NCBI RefSeq assembly: GCF_009914755.1
Contig: NC_060934.1
Length of the DNA: 64,000 nt
Origin: the human T2T-CHM13v2.0 reference genome, Homo sapiens
Reading direction: 5' to 3' (one strand)
In this document: positions 54,285 to 64,000 of the stretch, in pieces
Layout of the letters: every line of letters begins with the position of its first letter
Numbering within the stretch: position 1 is the first letter of the stretch
The notes under the pieces: model-generated
Told to the model about the DNA's origin: nothing
Databases searched by the model: none
What the model saw: the letters and a program-made list of their open reading frames with translations, nothing else
Translations under genes and position numbers: made by a program

Positions 54285-55691
54285 ACCAGAGGAATAAATT
54301 TCTCAGATGACAGCATTAGGAACAGGTGTTCTTAAAAACAAACAAGCAAGCAAACATAGGGCCACTGTGGATTACTTAAGTGATTGAGTCTGTCTCTTAG
54401 TTTTGGTAGCTAGAAAGCTGAGAGCCAGATTTTGTGGTTCATTTCTAGCAAGATTCTGTGTCAGGCATTTTACGTCTTACTCTTTACCCTGAGTTTATTC
54501 TACTTTTCCTCAATTTATTTTTCCCTCATTCAAATTTCTTGTATTCATTAAAAAAACCCTGTTATGTTTTTGAAATTTATGCCATGCCTTTTTAAAATGG
54601 TGAGAGCTAAATCAATGGATACATTCTGTGCATTTTGCGTAGCTGAGTGCTTGACTCAATTTCAGGGAAAAGCTGTCAGAGAAGGCTTCCTGGAGGAGGT
54701 TCCTTAGGATGCATATACATCAGCTATTGTGCAGTTGAGTCAAACATGAAATCCCCAAAGCGGCATGGAATTTGAGATCAGAAGGTGTATGGAGAAAAAT
54801 GAAATATAGAAAATCTTACAAGATATTTATATTAGGGTGGGAGACATTTGCCATATAATATAAACTAATCGTGGGAGTGAAATTACATTATATGTCCACA
54901 TTCAATAGGAGGAGGTGACACATTCTTTCTACCACAGATAATGAATGTAAATTAGTATCAGATTTTGCCTCAATCAGCAGTAAGAACTTCCTGTATGCTT
55001 CTGACCCTTCCTTGGCCAACATTGCTGTGTTATGATCACAGGGTACCCACCTCGAGTGAGAAGCACAGCTGGATTTCTATTCACCAGTTCTGTGATCTTA
55101 AACTCTATGATCTTCTTAACTCTGACTTTGACCTTAAGATCTAGCCAATCCATTGAGATTTGTCTTACTCTCTAGAATCAGCTCATTGCCTATTCTCATC
55201 TGGGGGACCTATCTTATCCCCAGTTGTCACTGACACTCTTTCTACCTGCTACCCCTAAATGGTCCTTGAATCCTATCCTGGACCATACCATTTTCTTCTG
55301 CTGCTCATTCTCTAACACAAAGGCAATGGATGCATTTTAGTAATGGATCTTTGAGGAGATTTAAAAAAATTAGGACTCAAAGGGATAATGTTATGATATA
55401 GGTTGATGGACATGGTTAACCATTTTGTCAGGGCCTTATCAGTGTCCTTTAAAGATTTCAAGGTGGGTTTCGAGATACAAAATCCACTTAGAAAGCTTCC
55501 TTTCTTACTAAGATCAGCAGAAGGATCTTTACGTGCCAGAGGTTTCTTTGCTTCCAGTGACTGCCTTTAGAAACCATGAGTGCTCTTTCACCACCTAGAC
55601 CTGTTAGGGCACCAGGATACTACACAGTCATTGCAAGCCTTTCCTAATCCTAACCCCACAAAACCCAGCTTTAGAGGAAGAGAGGTTGTGA

Positions 55692-56070
<379 letters not shown>

Positions 56071-56343
56071 CTAGAAGCATTTTTTAATAAACAAAATCTT
56101 GCTTTCAAAATAATGCAAATCCTTTAATAGTGGCACTTTTCATCTTGGCCCTCTTTTGCCTCAAGTTCATGGAAACTTCTAGATCCCACCATAACCTCCC
56201 CCGAAATTTATAAACTGCTGGTCAGGTGGTGCTATTTTCCAGACCTGAGAGTACATGAGGAATTTAGCTAACAACAGTCCCACAATATCTGAGGACAGAG
56301 AACTGGTTAGAGGTCATATATTCCAGCAGACCTATTACAGCAT

Positions 56344-56680
56344 TTTATTAGTCGGGTTTCTCAGAGAAATAGAACAAATTGTGTGTGTGTGTGTGCGTGT
56401 GTGTGTCTGTGTGTGTGTGTGTGTGTGTTATAAGGACTTGGCTCATGCAATTATGGAGGCTAAGACCCACCATCTGTTGCCTGCAAACTGGAGACCCAGG
56501 AAAGCTAATGTGTAATTCAGCCTGAGTCTGAAAATCTGAAAACCAGGTGTAAATCCCAGTCCAGGGGCAAGAGAAGACCAATGTCCCAGCTCAAGCAGAC
56601 AGGCAGGAAGTAGAAAGGAGTGAATCCCTTCTTCTTTCACCTTTTGTTCTATTCAGGCCCTCAATAGGTGGGATGTCTAC
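56344..56680 (-). mobile_element. MLT2-family ERVL LTR containing (TG)n at 56380-56428
   Basis: TATTAGTCGGGTTTCTCAGAGAAA..TTGGCTCATGCAATTATGGAGGCT..TGCAAACTGGAGACCCAGGAAAGC. Confidence 0.85.
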
Positions 56681-56746
56681 CTCCAGAGCCCACTCACTAA
56701 CACTGATGCTTAGAGGCTATCAGTCTTGGTTCTTACAATCATTCTT

Positions 56747-58790
56747 TTTTTGGTTATGTATTCCATTATTATTTTTAATTGACACATAATAATTATATTT
56801 ATGGGGTATAGTGTGATATTTTGATACATGTACACACTATCTAGGGGTCAAATCAGGGTAATTAGCATATTCTTTGCCCCAAATATTTATTATGTTTTTG
56901 TGCTGAGAGCATTCAAAATCCTCTTTTAGCTACTTGAAAAATATACGATAAATTGTTCTTAGTGATAGTCATCTCACAGTGCTATGGAACACTAGAGCTT
57001 ATTCCTCCTCTCTAGCTATAATTTTGTATCTGATGGCTAACCTCTCCCTATTCTCCAACCTCCCTTCCCTTCCCAGCCTCTAGTAAGGATGATTCTACTT
57101 TATACTTCTATGTAATAAACTTTTTCAGCTTCTACATAGGAGTGAGAATATTTGGTATTTGTCTTTCTGTATTATTTCACCTAATATAATGCCACCCCCT
57201 CCCCAAGGCTCTTCTATGTTGCTGTGAGCTACAGGATTTCATTATTTTTTATGGCTGAATAGTATTTCATTTCATTGTGTATATATGCCACATTTTCTTT
57301 ATCCATTCATTTGTTGATAGATACTTAGTTTGATTCCATATCTTGGCTATTGAGTACAGTACTGCGGTAAACATGGTAGTGCAAATATCTCTTCAACATA
57401 CTGAATTTTTTTTTTTATATATAGACCCAGTAGTGGGATTGCTGGGCCATATGGTAGTTCTACTTTGAGTTTTTTGAGAAGCCTCCATACTGTTATCCAC
57501 AATGACTGTACTAACTCACATTTCCATCAATAGTGTATAAGAGTTTTCCTTTCTTTGCATTCTCACCAGCCTTTGGTTTTTGTTTTTGTTTTTTTGATAA
57601 TAGCCATTCTAACTGGGATGAGATGACATCTCACTGTGCTTTTGATGCGCTTTTCTCTGATTAGTGGTGGTGAGCATTTTTTTCATATATCTTTTGGCCA
57701 TTTGTATGTCTTCTTTTGAAAAATGGCTATTCAGAACATGTGCCCATAAAAATATTTAAAGAGATTTATTCTAAGCCAATATGAGTGACCATGGCCCAGG
57801 ATATATATTTGGGGATCTGTTACTGGAGAATTATTGTGTTCTTTTTCAGGTGTCTTTTTTCTTGCTTTTTAAATGTTTCTTGTGTCCCGACATTGATATC
57901 TGTGCATCTATTAGGACAGTTGCCTCTTCCAATTTTACAGAGAAGCTTTCATTGGGAAAGACTTTCCTGTAGGTGTGACCTGTAGTATTGGTTGAGTAGA
58001 GTGCTTTGGCTCTGGTTCTGAATGGTGCAGTAGTGTACTTTTTGTGTGATTTCTTTGGCTATAATGAATGTCAGAAGTGTCTGCAAGTGCCTCAGTGGCC
58101 TAGAATGAGAGTGTTTTTGGAGGCAGTGGCATGGCTTTGCCAGGAACAAGGGATACCAGGTGAGCCCATCCTTAGGTCGTCAGGGTGTGTGCATGTTGGT
58201 TTCTGCAGTGTTGGGGGTGACTTCCCCTCTGTGCTGGAGTGTCTGTTTCTTGGGGCCCTGGGTACTTTGTTGGCTCAAGTGCTGGAGTTATAGTTGTACC
58301 ATTGAGTCTAGGTGGGGTCATGGTATTGCAGCCTTTGTTGGGGCATGATGAGGTGATGACAAGGCCCTAGGAATGTGAAGTTGCAAGATTGTTGGACCCC
58401 GGGGAAGGATGTACTTTAGCATTGTCTCTGTTCTCAAAATGGCATTGAGTAACTGGGGTCCCAAGGACTCAGAGATGGGGGCCTCACATGGGTTCCTTTT
58501 CTGGATCAATGCAGCCATGTGGACTCTAGGCATGGGGACTGTTGGGGATATCCCACTTACCTTTTCACTGCAATGGGGAGTCCTCGCCTCTGACCAATTT
58601 TTGGCTGGGTGCTTTGCTTTCCTCTCTATGCTGCAACCCCAGGTTTCTGTGTTTCAGAAGGCTTATATCACTTCCTTGCTGAATTTCAGTGTTCTCCCTA
58701 AGACATTCTACTTGAAGTGAGTTTATTTAGTTGTTGTTTTAGTCATTCTTTTTGGAGAAAATTTGTGTTGGGCACCTGTACAGCTATGGA
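56747..58790 (-). mobile_element. L1MA-type element: 3' end (56747-57745) joined to L1 5' region (~57803-58790), ORFs deleted
   Basis: 3' motifs TTTTTAATTGACACATAATAATT..CAAATCAGGGTAATTAGCATA; 5'-region motif GGGATCTGTTACTGGAGAATTATTGTGTTC; candidate TSD TCTTACAATCATTCTT / TCTTATAAGAATTCTT. Confidence 0.8.
57747..57802. mobile_element. Short MER4-like ERV1 LTR fragment at the L1 deletion junction
   Basis: AAAATATTTAAAGAGATTTATTCTAAGCCAATATGAGTGACCATGGCCC. Confidence 0.55.
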
Positions 58791-59114
58791 TCTTATAAGA
58801 ATTCTTATTAAGATGTAATGAAATAATAAAATTTTTGAGATCTGCTTCATGTTAATCCAAAGTGGTGGGAAAAACTGGGTGGATAAAGGTAAAATAAACT
58901 TGATCACATGATTCTTAGTAAACTGGGAGATGGGTAAATGGAGGTCATGATATTCTCTTTATTTTTGTATAGGTTTGAAATTTTACGTAATATAAGAAAG
59001 TGTGGTGAATAGATATATACTTATATGTTTTAAGTTAAAATCAACTTTTAAGGTTTGACAAATAAAAAGGAGTTTCAGATATTTATGTATGACCTTTGTG
59101 ACACTCCATGCCTT

Positions 59115-59320
59115 TAGTCTAAGGACCGCAGCTAGAATCTTGCCCTCAGCAGAGAACAATGAGGCACGATATTGGTTTCCAGTCACCTTTCTTGTATTTT
59201 CTCTTAAAGATGATGACCACACTTGCCTTTTTCAAATATCGTGGCATTTCTTCTGTTTCCATATATGTAGATAGTCACACAGCCTCTGCCCTTTCTATTT
59301 GAAAATCTCAGCAGGTTTTT
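59115..59320 (-). mobile_element. Ancient RTE-clade LINE reverse-transcriptase remnant (MamRTE-like)
   Basis: Minus-strand translation across frameshifts: PAEIFK*KG..ETEEMPRYLKKASVVIIFKRK..YRASLFSAEGKILAAVL. Confidence 0.65.
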
Positions 59321-60953
59321 CTGTTTCTCACAGTTTGGCAATGGTGCTTCGAAGGAACGCACAAAACACCCTAAAAGATTCGGAGCAGATAGCAGTGGGG
59401 CATTGAATGAGATGGATTTAAAGAGCTAAGACAGTCAGTGGCTGTTATTTAGAGACCAGAAACAAATGTGAAAGTGGGAATTGAAAAAGAAGGAAGCAGA
59501 GACATTAGTAAAGCTGTTTAACGGGAAAAAAAGCCCAAAGTACATCGTAAAGGATAAAAATGTGGGCATTTATATCTTCATTAAGGAATTTATTAATTAG
59601 AGTTGAGTTGTTAACTAGTTTATAGTTCCCTGGGACTAGGACAAGCCTCTGAGAGGAGCCCAGGCAGAGAGCAGTCAGCCTGGATAATTATCATGGCTTG
59701 CCATGGGGCTTTCCTCCAGCCCGGTAAACAACTTAATATCTGGCAGGTAGATGAACAGGCCTGGGATGCGCTACCCATCAGGCAAGACTAATTCCCAGGC
59801 AGGAATCCTGGCCAGTTGCCAAAGTAGGCTCCTCCCTTCTTTTATTGGAAGTGAGAGAAGAGCTGAGTAGTCTTACTTGGCAATGGCCCAGGACCTCCAT
59901 CTTCTCCTTTCCTGCTGTGTGCAATGATCATTCCCAGATCCAAGGTGCTCATATTGATTCTGTGCCTCTAGGCCAAGATGATACACCAGGCACCATGCTG
60001 CCCGGTCTATAACAGCAAAGAGTATTGTATGGTGTTTATGACAGTTAGAGGGGAGCCTCCGGCTCTGATCCACTTCTTTGTTTCTTACTTTTAGCTCTGT
60101 CTTCCACTGATGATCCCTTACTTACCCATTGGGCTTGATAATTTTATTTATTTTCATTGGCTCCTGAGTCTTCAGTCTTCCCTTAAGGAGGAGAAAGAAC
60201 AGACCAGTAGTGGCCATGATGGTGATGTCAATGTGGAATGCTGCTAGGTAAAAAAATATAAGAGAAAGGTGAGAGCATGCTTGGAAATGGCAAGTTTATG
60301 TCCTACCTAAAGACAGTCAAATTACAGTTTCTAAATAATCCCTGGCCTGGGCAAATAAAATGTATCAGAGAATGGATTTGTTCTGTCGGTCTGCAGTTTG
60401 GAACTGCTGGCACTGACTGCCGTTCTTGGGACCCATTCCATGTTTTTGTGGGAGTGTTATTTGGGCTTACTCAGTCCTCAGGAGAGGGTATGAGTGGGAC
60501 ATCTGTGTTCATGTCTAGGTAGGGAGTGTCCTCCGATGAAGGTACACAGATTATCTACTCTCATCCTCATCCTGATAAATGCCAAGTGCCTGTGTGAGAC
60601 AGTGCCTTTTCGGCCATATCAGCCTAATCTTTAATGGCAAAGAAAGAGAACCATAATTTTAGTGCCTAATCCCTGTCCCCTCCCTACACTTGTACTTACT
60701 CTCCCCTGGTTCTGAGTTTCTCCTCTTTGTCTGTGTAAGGTCTGCTGCTTTGGTACCTCCTGGTCTCTGGTAAGTGGTTAAATACACTAATCTACACAAA
60801 GGTGCTAATGGCTTAAAGTTGTACTAATTCCAGGAATTATTTCTATGGCTCATGGAAGGGTTAAGGCTTCATCCAAAGGAATCCTCTTTAATAGATTTCC
60901 ACATATTTTAGCACAAGGGAAGTGAAGATATTTTGGGAACATTGTAGAAGTCA

Positions 60954-61521
60954 TGTAGTGAATTCTTTTGATTGCCTTACTCAATTTACATTTTACTATC
61001 CTCTATGAAGAGGTTAAAAAGCTAAAAATTACATTTCCAACACCTTTTTATAAACAGGACTCTGGATATAAAATAGATTGTTCCAATTAGATGTTTTTGT
61101 TTTAAGATATACAAGGTGGGAGGGAGGTAGAAGCCCTTTTCCTGCTTCCTTTTTCTGTTTTTATTCATAAGCAAGGATGGGGGAATGTGAGTTGTTTGGC
61201 ATCAGCATTCCAGTGTCTAATCTCCAGCTTCCCAAGTATTGAGAGGCCATCATGGCAGCAGTGTCATCTTGATTCTGCTCTCTAATTCTTGGGCTCCAGC
61301 TACACATGGGTATAATTTTGCATTTATGTCTCCAGCGGCAGCCTCAGAGGTGGGCCAGTTTTCTATTGTTTTGGCAGTCATTCCTGGAGGCCCATCTTAG
61401 AACATGTTCCTTTAGCCCTTCCATTAATTTTGTAAACTCCAAAATTCCCTGCAGTAAATCTTTTCCTGCTGAAAATACTTAGAGCTCTTTCTGTTTTCTG
61501 TATTGAACCTTAATGAATGTA
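60954..61521 (+). mobile_element. LTR33 (ERVL) solo LTR
   Basis: AAGCTAAAAATTACATTTCC..CTCTGGAT..CCAATTAGATG to AGTAAATCTTTTCCTGCT..TTTCTGTTTTCTG. Confidence 0.7.
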
Positions 61522-62559
61522 GATCCTTCAAATGGTTAATATCATACTTAACTCCTGAAGTTAATTCTACTTCTTAAGTTTGAAGATGAAAAATAAGGGC
61601 ACCTTTCACAGAGAAGACCATGCCAGTGTGGAAATGGAGTGCCACAAACCGTGGCATTGACTTGAGTCTGGCTCAGTAATCTAATAATTTACTAGACCAG
61701 ATGTTCCCTGCTATGAATGTCACTAATGTCTCACAGAAGGTTTAGGTCACTGCAGATTGTACTGGCAACCAGGGCTTTTTTTTTTTTTTTTTTAAACAGC
61801 TCTCTTGGTGCTACAGGTAGGGCTTTTTGGCAAGCAGATGAAGGTAGCCTAAATAGGTGATTGGTATGTATGTTTGTCATTGCCCTGACCTTCCTTAGTT
61901 GTTAAGATAGATCAGTGAGTAATATAGTCATCTTTTCTAGTGGGAAATACACTTTTGTATGGGAATGATTGAACTGATAATGCAAGGTGAAAGTGTTGTT
62001 TTGTGTCAAAATATTCATTTCTCCCATAACTGTTGAGTAAACGTAGCCATTAGTGTATGCATACAATTTCCCTTAATCCTCAGAGCATTCAAGCAGCAGG
62101 TAGACACTCCCTGCTGAGAAACATATTTGAGTGAGATGAGCATTTTTAAAAGGCGCATGAAAGTATTCACCATCTGGGGAGGCCAGAATCATTCTCCCGT
62201 GTTCAGCATGAATTCAGGTGACTTCGGGAAATGGGGAGCAGTGATGTTGCTCTCAATTTTTGCTGCCTACTGATTTCAGCTTTCCTTGTAGCAGCTGGAA
62301 CTGAAGAATCTCCTGAGCAAACAGTAGCTTAAAGGCGGAACATCTTGGAAAGTGGGAGATGACTCTGAAGTCTTTCAGACAAGGGATGTTCATAGGTAGC
62401 ATCAGTTCTTATACCAGAGGCATCATTCTTTCTAAGATGGCCCTGTAACCTTTTTCAGTTTTCTGTAGAAATTGCTTTTTACATGTTTGGTTGCTACATA
62501 GCAAAATGGCCTTGCCTAATACAGAGAAAACATCCCACTCACTCTATACCTTTTTATTT

Positions 62560-62790
62560 ATTTCATTTAAGTAACACTTAAGTAAATGATGATTACTATG
62601 TACCAAATATTAACTCAATTCTTATAACATTCTTTTGAGGTGGGTACTATTATTTCTCCCATTTTTTAGATGGTAAAACCAAGGGACAGAGTGATCAAGT
62701 AACTTGTCCATGGGCACACAGCTAGTAAAGCAGGATTCAAAACCATATTGTGGCTGCAGAGTCCCTGATCTGAACCACTGTGCCATAGAC
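62560..62790 (-). mobile_element. MIR
   Basis: CCCATTTTTTAGATGGTAAAAC..AAGTAACTTGTCCATGGGCACACAGCTAGTAA. Confidence 0.78.
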
Positions 62791-63609
62791 TGCTCACCTT
62801 GCCTTCATCTCAGAGAGCTTGCCTTGTTGCCTTCTCTTTAAGTCCAGGGCTGCTGCATATTGTACAGATTGTTTACTAGCTGAGGAGGCCCAGTCAAGGG
62901 ATGTGGGAGCTGAAGTCTAGCTTGTCTTCAGTTTACCAAACTCTGTGTTCTGGTACGCTGCTACTACCCAGAGACAGAGGAGTCTTTATCCAATTTGGAC
63001 ATAGGCCCTGTATGGGATAGCAGTGGCTCATACATTCTAAGGCTCCCTCCTCTACCTTCATACTGGATCCTACCCCTTCCTGTCTCTTCTAATGCCTTGG
63101 GGCTTCCTTGACTTCTCAAGTGTGGACAAAAATTTGACCTGATGAATAACATGAAACTGTACCTCTTGATATCAGTTCATTGTCTGCATAAAAGCCTTTA
63201 GGATACTTTGAAGCAGTTTTAGCGTCTCTTGCCTATACCACAGAACTAATATTTAAACTCTTTCAGTATCTTATAGCCTTTTTCTGAGAATCTTTAGAAG
63301 TGTGGTAGGTCCCTCTTAATTATAAAACTGCTCAAAAATGAAAAGCAAAGTCACCAAAAAGTTAAATTGAAGTATTCATTAAATCATGGAACCCAAATGC
63401 CTTTTATAGAATTGTTTGGGAATAGGGAAAGTATGTTTAAGTTGGATTTTAGGGTATCTGGAGAGCTTTTCCCTCTAATCTAAGGGGTTGATAACGTCAG
63501 AAGGAGCTGGGAAAGGACTGTGGTGCTGACTGTGAGGTGGTGGCTGTTGGTATGACCTGGTCATCTGCTATGTTCACAGGCTGTGTTCACAGGCTGAAAC
63601 ACCTTTTCT

Positions 63610-64000
63610 GATTGGCCTCCTAACTCTGCTTTTGCCAACCTCCAATTCATTCCTAACACACACAGCCAGGCTAATCTTCATGGAATGCAAATGTGATCCT
63701 GATACTCCTTAAAATCCTTGAATGCCTTCTAATTGCTATTAGTATAAGATTCTTAACATGGCCTGGCCCCTGTCTAGTTCTCATTTGCATATTGACCTGT
63801 TCTCCTCCTTTTCACAGTGCTTTAGACCCTCTGGTCTCCTTTTAATTAGTTCTAATGTCCTAAGCTGTCTCCCATTATAGTTTCTTCATATGTGTTTTTT
63901 TTAATTTACCTAAAATGTTTTATTTCTCCTCACCTGGTTAACTGCCACACATCCTTTGATCATTAACTTACACGTGACTTTCTTAGGAAAAAATATTAAT
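63610..64000 (+). mobile_element. L2 fragment
   Basis: CTCCAATTCATTCC..CAGCCAGGCTAATCTT..AATGCAAATGTGATC..CTTAAAATCCTT..TCTCCTCACCTGGTTAACT. Confidence 0.7.

Noticed and set aside
63571-63596. Tandem 13-bp duplication TGTTCACAGGCTG x2
   Set aside because: Ordinary slippage-type duplication with no supporting context

Overview
AT-rich, repeat-dense primate (very likely human) genomic DNA, judged from Alu J/S/Y, THE1, MST/MLT, L1PA/L1M, MIR, L2 and MER elements. It looks intronic or intergenic: I can support no intact protein-coding gene. The only gene-derived coding sequence is a near full-length, frameshifted RPL7A processed pseudogene (minus strand, ~32143-33027, 16-bp target-site duplication, TSD). 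Nearly all ORFs in the track are repeat shadows or chance. I found no new protein-coding system. The most unusual signals are structural: (i) a ~90%-identical, ungapped 157-bp inverted duplication of a MER20 fragment (38800-39239); (ii) a 66-bp inverted templated copy flanked by a 10-bp direct repeat, ~0.7 kb further on (39959-40343); (iii) a retroposed, 5'-truncated pre-tRNA-Gly with 3' trailer and A-tail (~51608-51670); (iv) an ancient RTE-clade reverse-transcriptase fossil (~59115-59320); (v) two old L1s with candidate TSDs, large internal deletions and duplicated or captured segments; (vi) candidate CTCF sites, enhancer-like motif clusters and non-coding exons. Repeat subfamily names come from recalled consensus motifs, not a database search. 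Boundaries of old repeats are approximate (tens of bp).
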